Below are positions 1 through 13,178 of a DNA stretch of 64,000 bases, piece after piece (position 1 is the stretch's first letter; every line of letters starts with the position of its first letter). The position numbers were made by a program, and so were the translations under genes. Source of the DNA: Eukaryota sp. GEM-RC1 (taxonomy: Eukaryota); NCBI GenBank assembly GCA_040285855.1, contig JAUFOQ010000002.1, positions 372,001-436,000 of the forward strand, written 5' to 3'. A model generated the notes under the pieces. It saw only the letters and a list, made by a program, of their open reading frames with translations, made no database searches and was not told the DNA's origin.

Positions 1-239
1 GGATTTTATTCAAACACCGCTGTGCTTTTAACTTGAGATGCATACTCCAACTCTTTACCCCAAGTTTTTTCCCCCTTCATTTTTCATTTTCTTCAAATAG
101 GATCATTTGTTATAGCTCTTTGATTCCTTAAGCTTACTCAATCGATCATTCTTTCATCGATCTACTTGTAGATCATCGATCTGCTTATGCTTATGTACCA
201 TAATAAACAACAATCTTTTCTGTACCTTTTCTTTCTGTT

Positions 240-1358
240 ATGTCTGACGAGTCTCAACTAAACAGCCCTCAAGTTGATGAACCACTTGAATATCTATCTC
301 CTGGATTGGCTGAATTCCCTGGAGCAATGGTAGTAAAGGTTGGTTTATCATATTCTCTTTATAACCGAGCCCAAACTAGATTGGGGACGATGTTCCCAAG
401 GATCAGTTGTGTTCATGTTCCAACCTGTTGTCTTACATAATTCTTTCTTGTTTTAGCTCTTTCCTTATCTTTATGATGGGCAAAAGCTCAGACCAACAGA
501 TTTCGCTGTTTCGGTCCGTAGTCTATTCATCTCTTCTCTGGTTTGCAGTCTGTTGGATGATGTTTAGTCTGTTGTTCTTCATAAAGGTTTATTGGCCCAA
601 ATAGTGTCTACTGAACACATTGTTTAAGGAAAAGATAGTTTTTAGCAGCTGTATCGAGATATGGGGAACGATATTGCTTGTATTGGCGATAACCAGCGTT
701 GGCAAAGACTTTGCAGAAATCGTCGTTCATTTGTTGTTCAATAGCGTGACGGATAAGTGTAAACGTTGGGATTCATCTCAGGAACGTAAGCTGGTAATAT
801 AAGATAAGCAAGCTTTAATGCCAAAGTAATGCTTCTGTGGATATGTATCCGACAACCATCAAGTATCACAATAGATCTACAACTGCAATTGGTCAGTTTG
901 GTATGTACTGTCTACAAACACATCATTAGCTTCTTGTAGATGATAATGAGTTACCTCAGTCTGATTTCATTATCATGCTTTGTGTTGCTATGCAAAAATG
1001 CAGTCAAAATCGACTGAAGACACAGCAGTGTATTACACGATCAGAGTTGTAGCAAAGCAGCAGAGTTGTAGCAAACCTGAGTGTGTTCCTTTGGAGGATA
1101 AGATGTCAATGTGATGTATGTGTTGTAGGATGGTTGTACAACGTTGGGTTTATTCATGACATGGTTGAACACGGTTCACAATTCTAAGAACGAATACCTG
1201 CAAACACGTCTCTATCTTGAAAGAAGCTCAACACTGGATATCAAAAGACGTATGGAATCCATCAAAGAAGGTATAAGTGTATCAGTTTGGGGATATGTGG
1301 TGGGGTGAAGAGTTTTTGGGGTAAAATGATTTTGGGGAGTATGCACCCCAAATGAATT
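240..1358 (+). repeat. Dispersed duplicated (pseudo)gene segment, inverted copy at 31994-32518
   Basis: ORFs 240..440 and 407..604 are nearly identical in translation to 32159..32518(-). 240-661 matches the reverse complement of about 32101-32518, and 1251-1358 matches that of 31994-32103. Frameshifts and stops suggest a pseudogene. Confidence 0.8.
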
Positions 1359-3141
1359 CCCCAGCGGTGCTTTCAAAAAAAAATGGATATTTTTCATAAT
1401 CATATTCATACTTCTCATTTCCATATTCATCTCCATTTTTTTTGGTTTCTGAGGCTTATGCCCTACTGTTGGCTCTTGAAACCTCCAAGAATCACCAAAA
1501 CACATGCTTTGGAGGTCGTATGCTTGATATTTTGAGTAAATCCCTCTTCGGTTTATCTCAAATCTACTTCCCTCTATCAACTGTTCTTCTACGACTGAAA
1601 CATAGTCTCCGGTGTAGCTATATCTGTAGCCCTTGAAGCAAGAAGCTCTTAGCGAATGAAGATTTAATCGACTCCGTCTCTAGAAGTGCCGAATCTGCAT
1701 TGCCTGATCTCCTCCCCTACATATATGTTGTATTCATGTTCTTATGGTGGGGATTTTTTCTTGTGTTTATATAAATAGGACTCATATCAACAACTTTTAC
1801 AGTAAGGCTCAACGTCTTCAATTAAGATACTTGTGACATTATCTGAGTCTTAAGTTGATTTCTTTTGTGAAACGACGTGGTTATATACTTTGACGCACAT
1901 CGAGCTAAATCCAGAAGTACAATCAAATAAACATATCTACTTCTGTTGCTTTACAGTTGCGAGGCAAAACAGAACGCTGTGGATAACGAGAGAACGTAAA
2001 GTTCGCCATTTCGGCATTAAGTTGGACAACTACCCCATAGTATCTCTAAAGTCTCTCGAGAGACCACATTGTGAGGATTATCACAGCCTCGCAATGTGAT
2101 TTGCCCTCAGCATGTAACCACTTGTTTGCTTTCTATACTATGATGGTCCAATTTGAAGTTAATGTATATAAAGTTGTTGATAAAATATCTGATGACAACA
2201 TAATGTGCACAAGGTCTGATTTATTGATGATAACACAGACATGTGTGCTGATTCTGTTGACTATCAGAGCAGTGTGCTATAGTCATGGTTGAAGAATCAA
2301 TGAAAGATGTATATATTATGGGCAGAGAACAGACAACATTGGATCATGCTAATGAGATCACTTGAACTCTGAACTCTAAAGTGAAAGTGGAGGGGAGGAT
2401 TCTCGACCGTCAGGATTGAAAGAACAGTGTAAGATCTAGTAATGTTTATAGCCAGAGAACAACTGGGAACCAGATCTACGAAAACTATGGATATCGACGA
2501 TGACCTTCAAGAAAGAACTCAAAAGATGGGTCATGCCATTGAAAGGAGAAAAAGGAATGGAGGGAGAGAATCCATAAAAATGGATATGAATATGATATGC
2601 ATTTATTTTGAAAAGCACTGACAGATCTAGATGCGTCCAGACCGATATAAACAACAACGTTCCTGTAAATATCACAAACCAAAACCTACTTTAACTACAC
2701 TAGAAGATACTGTGAAGCAACAATTGGTTCACTCGAGTGAAGAAGACCAAGCTACAGATACTTTCATTCACACATCTGATTTCTGTCCAGAATCCTCCAG
2801 AACCAAGACATGGACTGAACTAGTTCATGAGTCACATACTTCTACAACAGGTGGTTCTCAAGTTGAATGTGACAACGAACAGATGCTTTTTATGGTGCAG
2901 TGTAGTCAAATTAATATAGAAGCCATGTCCTGTAGGCTTGCATCTACCAACATTATTGATCAACTAGAATCTATTCAGGACCTACATATCTCAAGACCAT
3001 CAAAAACTTGGTTCATGAACCTGAATCACAAGTCTACACCCATCCACCTGATATCCATCTTTCAGAAGAATCTGATCTCGAGGATTGGCTTGATGAAATT
3101 GTGTGACCATCTTATCCAGACTTTCTGATCTAAGTTTGACT

Positions 3142-3744
3142 CTATCGTATTCTAAACCCACCTCCACAACAGTCAGCAACCTGGCCTCGTTTGTGAGACA
3201 GATATATAAACATGACAAAGTCTATAGAACCTAGGGCTAGTTCAGAGCCAGTTTGTTCCTTGATGAAGGTCACCATTTCTAGAGGTGTTGTGAAGTTTGT
3301 TTGTTCAGTGTATCTAACCAAATGAAGATCTGGTTTCACAGCAGATGTATCTAATCCAATATTCCTTGCGAAGTGAAACTTTGTAGTGTTCCCAATAAAA
3401 GGAAATTGTGTCAACGAGTCAATAGAAGTTAAAGTCTTCCGAATGGTGGACCACTTGGATTCAAGTTGAGCAACTTTGTAAATGGCATTGACTTTGCGGG
3501 TGTTTTTGAAAACAGATTGCATCTCAACAAGGTGTGTAGCTATAGGTTTCAGTTTCTCAGTTAATCTAGCAGCAATTCTGGCACGGAAGCCTGAAGCACA
3601 CACAACGTATATGTACTCTTCCAAAAAATCAGAGAAGTCTGAGACTAAACATGTACGAGATTCTACCCAGCGGAGATCTGCTGCATGATGCTCTTTGACA
3701 AACATCAAAGACTGAGAGAAGTCATTCAAAACAGTTTGGTCCAT
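3142..3744 (-). CDS. HhH-GPD superfamily DNA glycosylase-like protein
   Basis: Intact intronless ORF (first ATG at 3744). It has the HhH hairpin LTQFPFIGNTTKFHFARNIG followed by KPDLHLVR, and an N-terminal YVVCASGF motif. Confidence 0.65.
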   Translation of the reverse strand: MDQTVLNDFSQSLMFVKEHHAADLRWVESRTCLVSDFSDFLEEYIYVVCASGFRARIAARLTEKLKPIATHLVEMQSVFKNTRKVNAIYKVAQLESKWSTIRKTLTSIDSLTQFPFIGNTTKFHFARNIGLDTSAVKPDLHLVRYTEQTNFTTPLEMVTFIKEQTGSELALGSIDFVMFIYLSHKRGQVADCCGGGFRIR

Positions 3745-3917
3745 GAGTATTTGAAGAGATTTTGACAAAACTGTAAAATGAAGATGAAGTTCTATTGTTC
3801 AGCATAATCTATTGAGCTATTAATAGTTCATTCATTTGCAAAAGTCTACAAGGACTCCATTTTAAATGATCCTAATAGTCATCTCGAAAAGGCTCAACGT
3901 CGCATAAGTATTCTACC

Positions 3918-4740
3918 CAGTGATGTCCGAAAATATATTGCAATATATTTTCTGTCATAAATTGCTGAAAATGAATTATTGTGATATATCACTATTTATC
4001 AGTGATAAATAATTGATAGGAAAAGAAGAAGGAATTTAGCAGAATTTATTTATTATGTTAAAAATTAACGAAATACAAACAACTAGTACATGTACTTAAA
4101 AGATATTGAATGATCCACATCTACTCTTGAACTACCACGGTACAATTTGTCCAGAATACGATCCAAGTACTTTGGGGAACTTCTTTATACGGGAAAAACA
4201 ATACGATTGCGCCAAAGAGACTGATTAAAATTTTTCCCATGAAGGAATTTTATTTGAATTAACTACGCAGACACTCTAACTCAAAGAAGAGTAGCTCTCA
4301 CAGCGTCGAAATTCAAGCACTTACTGTTTACGTTCAAATAGAGCTCACCACGAAGGGCAGAAGAGTAAAGCTTGGATCTGCGATCAATCAGCTGAAGTGT
4401 CAACTTTGAGAACAGATGTACAATGCTGATCGAATTAGCTTATATGAAAAAAGATCAACATAATGGATGATTGATTAAATGAAAGCTTTGAATTTTGTTT
4501 TTTTTCGTCACAGTAATAGAAGCTTGCAGGAGAAAGCACAATTTCAACAGAAGAGATACAACAATGTTTAAAAAGAACACTGAAATGTCCTTGTTTGATG
4601 GAATCACGACAGAAAACAGAGGTGAGAAATTATCAGAAATAATTGCAATAAATGCTGATACGACGATTTGCCAAAAATAAATTATTGTGATATATTTATT
4701 GAAATAATTTAGCTGTTAAATTATTTACTGGGGATCCCTG
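3918..4740. mobile_element. Non-autonomous hAT DNA transposon (823 bp)
   Basis: Perfect 8-bp TSD ATTCTACC at 3910-3917 and 4741-4748. Imperfect TIRs CAGTGATGTCC / CAGGGATCCCC; AT-rich subterminal repeats (ATTATTGTGATATAT at both ends). Confidence 0.8.
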
Positions 4741-4748
4741 ATTCTACC

Positions 4749-5500
4749 TAGGGATGTTAAAAAATATATTAAATAAATATAATATTGTGTGGGTTTACAA
4801 TAAATATATTGACATTGCAGGGCTCCTCAAAAATCAATATAAATTCTATTTATTTCTATTTATTTCTATCTATATTTATTTTTGAGCCTTTTTGGCGATC
4901 GTGCAAATAAAACAAAATATAAATAAATATTAATACTGTATAATGTCTGAAATTTTTAGAATTAAACAATTTCGAGAATGTGAGAAAGTGAACTTCATTG
5001 ATCCATATAATACATGAGTTTAGTTTAGTGCTCAAGGTTGTTGATTGACTTGAAACATGATGTGTGAAATACTCAAGCTCAGACAAAAATTAAGGTTGAG
5101 ACATTTTTCCTTATACTTTGCCATTTCAATGTCGAACCTAACTAACACAGACGAGCCTTTACCTGTGTTGTAAGCCAATCCAACGACTACACCCGGACAT
5201 ATGATCATTGAACGTTTTTCTCATGGTCGTTTACGATGCTGAACATTGAACAAATATTGAAGATCCACAGATGTCTATGGAATGACGACACAGTTAGAGC
5301 AATTGTACGAAGCAGAAAGTCAACTAACCAATTTCAACAAGAAAGGGATGATGAAATGAATGGTGTTTTCAGCAATAGTGACTCAGATTAGATGTATAAT
5401 AAAATATTTTGTTTTGATTTGGGTTTTATTTTGTTTTAATTATATTTATTTCACATTTATTTTTGGCACTTTTTGATGTTCAAATTAATATAAATTATCT
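4749..5500 (+). mobile_element. Second, probably truncated hAT-like element
   Basis: Begins TAGGGATGTT immediately after the TSD, with AATAT-rich subterminal repeats. No matching right TIR was found, so the end coordinate is approximate. Confidence 0.4.
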
Positions 5501-5899
5501 TATGAGAGGACCTGCCATTGAATCACAATGTGTACAATTAATTCAATCTAGTTTCACTGTGAAAAGGTATAAATCCCAAATCTTCTTCAATTAGTGAATT
5601 AGTTTATGTTTTTTTTCGAAAAATAAACTACTGCTGGTACATACATTTTCAAAAAAAAACAAAGTTTGAAAGGTATTCTTGGGAAAAATAAACTGTAAAA
5701 GAACACACAATCACCACAAAGATAATGTACAAACAAACAGATATTCACAACGAGCACTGTTTTTAACCGAAATCATAGAATAACACAAGAACGTTGCCTC
5801 TCCGCTAGTCCACTTGGTCTATCAACAGGTTTTCTAAAGGGAAGACAGAAGGACGATTCGATCCTCGTTACGTAACCCTTCAACTCCTCTATTTCTTCC

Positions 5900-7270
5900 T
5901 TCAGTTCAGCAATCTTCTGGGCTGCAGGATCTCGTCTTACCACTGAGTGAAGCTTGATCTTCTGACGTTGTGTGTTCATAAGTAACTCTTAGGCTACGGA
6001 CATACTAAGACTGCCGTATCGTCGAGCTTCTAATAAAAGCATAGAAGATGCCATGCTTGTCTTGTCTCACTTAATAAACTGTCAGATTTCTATAAAAACA
6101 GTAATTCCGACATAAAGACGCAGTTGGCCATGTTTCGTATACTGGATCAATAACCGGTTATACGAAGGACCTTAGTCTACATAATAAGCAAAAAGACTGG
6201 ACCATTTGAAGTCTATATTCGATACCCAAAAAGGAAACCTTCCAACATAATTGTGAATCTGCAAAAACAAAAATAGTACTAAGCAATGTTTCACCGAATG
6301 GTTGAAACACCAGCCTTATGTCTTTGTGAATTTAATTTTAAAAATATAACCACAATAACGAGGACATTTCTTATCTTCAGAATTATCTAAAGGTGAAAAT
6401 TGGTCATCCAATATTTTACTACCATCAGTATCATACATGGAAAAGTCCAAGCTTTCGTGATAGTTAATAAACTTTTTCTGTAACTTACGTACACACATTG
6501 GAAGTGAGAAAATAGAGTGTCTTGTGATTTCACTCACTGAAACAGAAAACAAAGCAGACCATACTTCGGCATCAAGATTTTCGACAAAAGTATTCAAGGC
6601 AAGAAGCCCAAATCATTTTGAGCAAGATGATATACCACCAGATTTGGTAGTAGATTTGACGTTTTCTAAAAATTCTTTAGACATCCTAGAAAGGCCCCTT
6701 CGGGTATATATTTTACTTTTGAGAGTCCACTTCCACCAAATTCTGGTGAACTAAAACAATGACCGCGTAATGAATCACCATTGCGTACTATACTACCCAT
6801 AAATTTTGTTAAAATTTCTTGAAAAATAACAAGTTACTTCAGGAGGAAGACCTCGAAGAAAGTGAATTAGTTTTTATGCTTACCAGATCTGTAACATTGC
6901 AAAAGACATTTGTTTGCCAACATCTAAACCCATGATTTCTTTCAATTGGGAATATATGGAATTATTCTTGTTTTCTAACAGTTTTTTGGTCTCAATAATA
7001 TTACCTAAAAACCTTATTGACTCATAACAGTAATTAATTAACGAAAGGAATTGGATCGTTGTAAATGAAAGAAACTTTTTGACGACCAATTATGAGACAT
7101 TTTTGAAGTTAATTGATAGTCCAATGTCTTTTGAGAGAGATACAAAAAGGTCCAAACCTTTTGTTAGATTTTTTTATTTCTACTTAGACATTATAGACTT
7201 TCCAATCCTGTTTTGGTGATTTTGTCGTAACTATCCTTTCACTATCTAACAGAGAGATTTAAAGGACCCT
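5900..7270 (-). mobile_element. Decayed RLE-type (CRE-like) non-LTR retrotransposon fragment
   Basis: Broken minus-strand frames give ESIRFLGNII, KLIHFLRGLPPE and FGGSGLSKVKYIPEGAFLG (post-RT thumb motifs), plus CPRYCG...HSVKHC...IHN (zinc-knuckle-like). Boundaries are approximate. Confidence 0.55.
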
Positions 7271-7447
7271 AATACAAGCATAGTGAAGGATTCGCTTGGG
7301 TAGTTTTCAAGATTGCTTTGTTGTATTGGGACCTCGACAATAATTAACAGTCAGAGGTCTATTTCAACACTTGAACAAAACAGCGTAATATGGACAAAAA
7401 ATACAATTTAGAGTTGTAATACAAAAAATGAACAGAAATAAGTTAAA

Positions 7448-8688
7448 TCAAGGAATACTACCTGGATAAGCAGCCTGTATAGGTGGAGGCTGAACTCCTT
7501 TAGGATCTGATGGAAGTGAATTATTGGCATTATTGTACTCACTGACTGTCGAATGCTTCTTATACTCAATCATACACGAGAAGACAGCTCCAATAATACC
7601 AAGAGCAAGCAAGAGAACACCAAGAGTTCGTGTAGAACTACCAGTAGCTGGGTATGTTACGTCAAAGTGTAGCAGTCTAGTTGTTGTTGAATCTGGAGTT
7701 GCAACAAAGAGCTTCTGTCCATCAGGGATTCTAACAAAACAATCAGCAAGAGAGCAACTCTGTTTCGTACACGAGGTAAGATCATGGAAATAATGTGTAT
7801 CAAGAGAAAAATCCACCCAGAGAGCAACATCAGAGTCATCATTATTTTTGAATCTGAAGTGAAAAGATCATTAAGACAACATACGCGAAGAAATGGTGGT
7901 CATCAGATTTAGCCGTGTAAAAGCAACCTTGTCCAGTCGTACATTTTTCATACTTTTCTTGATCCTTGACGTCTCCTAATTTCCACGATTCCCAAACCGA
8001 TCGACTTTGTATTGTTTCAAGGAAAATGCTAGATGGACCGGACATTGACGAATATGCAATCATTACCCTCGACTTTTCATTAAGAAAGACATCGAAGTCA
8101 AAATAGGTATCGACAGGAATAGTTCGTTCGAAGTTTTGGTAGTGCAGAGAGCCAGTTAGACTAGTAGGAGTAGGTTCAGTAGAACAGAGATAAGCAGAAC
8201 CCGTTCCTCCGTTGATGATGTGAACGGAATCGTGTGCATTAAGAATACCAGTAACATCAAATGTAGTTTCAGGCAAAAGACGGACAGAGTGGCGCTTTTC
8301 TGAAGCGGACGGAGTATTAAACATAAGCAGAAGCCCCAGAACAATAAGAACAGTCACACAGCAGGTTAAGGTTGAGACTTCCTTATACTCTGTATACTCT
8401 TTGCCGTTAGCATCGTGGCGTTTCATAGGTACTCTCATAGTAGGTCCACCTCGTCTAAAGGAGTTGCGACCCGATCCACGAGGTCTTGAGGATCCAGGAT
8501 TGTTTCCAGATCGACGGAAACTGAAGCGGCCACGAGAACTACTCCCTCCACGGGCGCTACCACGGGATTTAGGAGCTGCTCCACGGCCTCTACCTCCTCC
8601 TCTTGAGGTGTTATCCGTATTACGGCTTCTTCTACTTCCAGATCCTGTGCTGAGTAAAATCGGAAATCAACATACCAACGATTGGCAT
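7448..8688 (-). CDS. RG-rich two-TM membrane protein, copy A (APD1-4/DUF4793-like luminal domain); exons 8688-8676, 8644-7885, 7853-7448
   Basis: Removing two 31-nt GT-AG introns (8645-8675, 7854-7884) joins MPIVGSGSRR..., ORF 7842..8438 and ORF 7448..7816 into one frame. Two hydrophobic helices; paralogue of 16287-17599. The domain name is a by-eye guess. Confidence 0.8.
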
Positions 8689-9299
8689 TGTACAGCACAA
8701 GAATTCTAACGATCTAATTTTAGGATCTCTAAGAAATGATTCTCGAGTTTATAACTCTCTCCTGACGTTACCAATATACTATATGAGTCATCATTCATGC
8801 TACACTGCACTGTTCTAGTAACAGATCTTTCCCTATCATGTGATTTCTCTATCATGTGATAAGCGCTCTGTGATTTGGTCAATACAACAATGAATAATGC
8901 TTTACTGCAAAGAACAATGAGTTTTGGTGGTTGCAGATTGTTACCTTTTAAGGAATTAGTCATCATTTTCGTAATTACTTCAAACAGAACTACTTACTTC
9001 AGAAGGATACACTTTTTTTCTTCTCTTGTTTTGAGAATGTTGTAAAAGAAAGAATGAACGAACAAGATTTTCAAATCCACGACTTTTGATCATAAGTTTT
9101 GGTTGAATCGTAATGTTGTTACAATCTTTGAGACATCACTTTATGATCTATCTTTCCATGAAAAAGCATTTGTGAGTTTAAATGACAATGAAAGTTGTTT
9201 TAATAATGACTATTTATAGATGAAGGGGACAAAAAGACGTATCAAAATGGAAGTTATGAAATACTAGGTACAAAAAATTGCTGGTCAACACTACCACAG

Positions 9300-10415
9300 T
9301 TCTTATACAACTTCGTTGAAAAAACTTAGGCATAGAACGAAACAGGGAAAAATCAAACTGTTGGTTATGCCAAATTGGTAAGTAAAAGCTCTAATTCCGA
9401 GACTTACACATAAATCCATAATAAATTAAAAACAGAGAAGTCATTTCATCAATACTGTACTACTGAAAATTCTAATAACAAATGGAGCGAATACAAATTT
9501 TGATTGAGTTTAGCCACATCTTTGGAATCCAAATCAATTTACGTTTTCGACTGTTTCTAGGTAGTTGAACCTTTTTGTATTTAAGCCGATAACATATGTT
9601 TGAGCACATGGATCTGGTGTGGTAACATCAAGGAGAATTTGACAAGAATCAACAGAAAGACCATGACGAGAATTATTAATTAAATCAGGACCCAACTTAC
9701 TAAAAAAAGGTTCAACTTTGATATGAAATCCATGAGCTTTAAACATTTATGATGTAACATCTCTGACAGCATCATCAAGAATAAAACGAAATTGAATAAA
9801 TTTGGGTCAATCAATTACGTGTCTAAAAGTTGCACTGCAACGATGACTACATAAACATTCAGAATTTGTCGAGCAGTTCTGCAGGAAATAAACCTAAACG
9901 TAATCGCGTATTTAATTTCCAAGCCTCATTCGACAAGTGCAAACCAAAATGACGTGGTTGTTGAGTGATCAAACAAGTTGAATACTTTATATCATTTAAG
10001 AAATATCCCTCATTTGTTTAAGCTTTACAGAAATTTTTTCCAATGACCTACCCAACTTCAAACGAATTGTATTACCATTACCAATGACAGTACCCAAAAA
10101 CTGAATAACATCGGCACTGAAATTAGAAAAAGGAATAGCCCTTTAAAAATGAACTCAAATGGTGAACACCGATGAGAAAACATTTCTTATAATTCAACTG
10201 GTAAACAATCTCATTACAAAACTCTATAAATACTGGAAAAGCTGTTAATAAAACACCGATGGATCCGACTAAATATGCATCATCAGCATAAGCACACAAA
10301 TTCAAAGAAGGGAACTTTATTTGACACTCACGAACAATTGACTGTAAACCCACAGAAAAACAGAAAAGAACCTAGGAGATCGCCTTGTGGAACCAGATTA
10401 TCAGAATTATAGATT
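9300..10415 (-). mobile_element. Decayed RLE-type (CRE-like) non-LTR retrotransposon (RT and endonuclease remnants)
   Basis: RT motifs VPQGDLLG and LCAYADDAYLVG; downstream RLRLG, KVEP, GPDL, ILLDVTTPDP and FVFAPF. Stops and frameshifts throughout; closely similar to 12030-12900. Confidence 0.8.
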
Positions 10416-10418
10416 ATA

Positions 10419-10500
10419 TCAGAGTTCTGGAATGTGAAACAGTTCAGTTCAAAAAATTGAGAACTGAACTGAACTGAACTAGATGAACTGAAGCAAAAAT
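10419..10500 (+). mobile_element. Probable end of a DNA transposon with GAACT subterminal repeats
   Basis: Starts CAGAGTTCTGG where RT homology stops; has (GAACT)n and AGTTC repeats. No partner TIR was found. Confidence 0.35.
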
Positions 10501-10639
10501 ACCATTGTTTCCACAGTTATATACCTAATATCAAATCAACAGGTCCTCAACAAGTACATGTAGTACTTCGTCGTTGCCAAATTTAATAAAACTTTATGTG
10601 AAAAACATAAAATCATTTTAGGGTCTGGGGCACCTATAC

Positions 10640-11284
10640 CAGTGAACGCTCACTCGTAACACGGCCTGACACGTAACACGCGTGTTAACACGTGTTAGAT
10701 TCAATTTCAGGCTTGAAAAAACGTCACCCAGAAATAAAAAACACAGTTTTTTATCGTTTTTTACGTTTTTTCGAATTTAATATAAAACGTTCAACTTTTT
10801 CAACTTTTCACTTTTTTCTCAATTCATTTTCATCAACCAAATCTTTCGTAGTTCGATCATTGCAGCTATGTTCTTTTGAGATTGGAAGGATAACACCATC
10901 GAGATGAGTATAGTGCTCATCTAACGATGATCACGTGGTCAGGACGGGAAGATAACAAGGTATATGCAACAAAAACACTGTTCGAGTGTACCTGAAGGTC
11001 GTTTCACCCAGATACAGAACCAATGAGCATGTACTGTACCAGCAATAGTATCACCAACAAATACACTTGCCTTGTTTCAGTCTTGCTTGGTCAGAAACAA
11101 CATACATAAAAGAAAACCTGTCAAATTGAAACAAAAGTGGAGTAGAAAGTCGTGCTTTTTGTGTCAATCCAGAATAAAAAACGTTGACAAGAATAAATAA
11201 CGTAGTATTTTTCCAGAATACGTTTTAAACGTACTTTATCAACTGACAATCCTGTTCAATTTTGTTACGTGTTAGTGTTCACTG
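10640..11284. mobile_element. Non-autonomous hAT element (645 bp), nested in the end of another TAGGG-terminated element starting near 10619
   Basis: Perfect 8-bp TSD ACCTATAC (10632-10639, 11285-11292). 22-bp TIRs CAGTGAACGCTCACTCGTAACA / CAGTGAACACTAACACGTAACA (19/22); ACACG subterminal repeats. Confidence 0.85.
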
Positions 11285-12029
11285 ACCTATACCCCTCTGA
11301 TAAAATTTTGGAACACCTGTACCCCTCATATATCCTTACATACATCTTCACCATTATGTTACAAACTGTACATAATGGTGAAGCTATATCGTTAATGTTT
11401 GGGCAAGAATTGCTACATGTGAGCTTTTGCGCATGTGTACTGTAAACAACAAACCCCAACACAAACTCTCGAAATCTGAACACAAACGAACATCAATGAT
11501 CGAACATAGAGATCGAAAATGTTGATCAAAAAACAGGGTTGAGATTTCATCAACTCTCTCTTCTCTTGCGTAAACGCGGTATATTAAGAAAATATTCCAA
11601 TAATGTATGACACAAGAAGTCCGATCTTCCAATTCTGTTGCTTCCACAAAGCGTTGTTGATTGTTTTTGTTGATACGGTCCATAAATTGGTTCATGTACT
11701 TATTTTTGTTATAGTATTGCTGGTCCAAAGTGATTATATACGTCCCAATCAGTTTTCTCGGTGAACAGTTGAACTCTTGGTGCATTTAAGGATGTTAAGT
11801 ACCATTGGGTTGATAAATGACAAACGGTGTAAGAAATCAAACTGAAGAGTTGAGCTATCATAACCCTGAATATCAATCACGTTTGCAGTCGTTGGACCCA
11901 CCACACATAGTTTTAACACTTGAAATTAAAAGATAAATGATACCCTTAATTCAGTATTCTGAGTTGTACCTGTATTACCCATGTATCTTACAACTAAAAA
12001 AACAGTTTATTAATGGAGGGTACAAAAAT

Positions 12030-12900
12030 ACATATCATAATAAAAGATATGAAACACTAGACACCGAAAATTCCTGGTCAACAGTACCACAGTTTTTATA
12101 CAACTATGTGAAAATTGATTAAAAAAACATAGGCACCGAACGGAACAAAGAAAAAATCAAACGGTTATGCCAAATTGATAAGTTAAATCTCTTATTCTGA
12201 GACTTACACATAGATCCAAAAACAGTGAAAAACTTAGAAGCCGTTTCACCAATACTAGCAAAAATAGTAATAGCAAATGGAACAAATATATATTTTGAAT
12301 ATAACTTTGGATTGAATTTAGCAACATCTTTTTGAATACAAATCAATTTTGCGTTTTTCAGCTGTTTTTGGGTGATTAAAACCTTTTGAATTCAAACATT
12401 AACATAAGTTTGAGCACATGGATCAAATGTTGTAACATCAAGGATAATTTGACTGGAATCAACAAAAGGACCATGTGAGTCACCCCGACGAGAATTATTA
12501 ATTAAATCAAGACCCAATTTACTAAATTAAGGTTCAACTTTGGCATGAAATCCATGAGCCTCAAACATTTCAAATGTAACATCTCTGACAGCATTATGAA
12601 AAACTGAGCGAAATTGAATAAATTTGGGGCAATCAATAACGTTACATGTCTAAAAGTTGCAATGCGACGATGACTACAAACGCATTCAGAATTGTGCAAC
12701 AATTCTGCAGGAAACAAACCTAAACGCAGTCGCATATTTAATTTCCAAGCCTCATCAGACTAATGCAAACTAAAAGGACGTGGTTGTTGAGTGATCAAAC
12801 AAGTTGAATTCTTAATATCATTTAAGAAAGCAGCAACAACGGGATTATTAATTTTAGTAACACTAAAACGATTTTCAAAATCCAGGTTTTCAAATGCCTT
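12030..12900 (-). mobile_element. RLE-type (CRE-like) retrotransposon 3' fragment
   Basis: MRLRLGLFP..CVCSH..RHV (zinc knuckle), HNAVRD, LDVTT and SKYIFVPFAITIFASIG. Same family as 9300-10415. Confidence 0.8.
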
Positions 12901-13178
12901 CAAAAGCTTATTTTACAACTATGTTTCCAGTTACTACATCACTTGTTGTATAATTAGTCTCATCACCAATTTGGTCAGTGAGACTATAATCCAAATAAAC
13001 TATGTACATCTGTTAGTTATTAACTTCTGCAAATGCCTTTATTTCACTGACTGATCATAAACCCCTTTTTTTTACTATGTATACGTACATTGTTCTATTA
13101 TTATTGTTCAAAAGCCCTATCTTTGTAGACTGCTCACATGTGTCTTCATGACTAACCGTTGCAGCATTTGGTTTCGTG

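Noticed and set aside
1042..1075. Short tandem duplication CAGAGTTGTAGCAAA
   Set aside because: Two copies only, in pseudogenic sequence; ordinary slippage.
2436..3128. 165-aa ORF 2631..3128 and neighbours as real genes
   Set aside because: No recognisable motifs, and the opposite strand looks like stop-riddled decayed coding sequence; not supportable.
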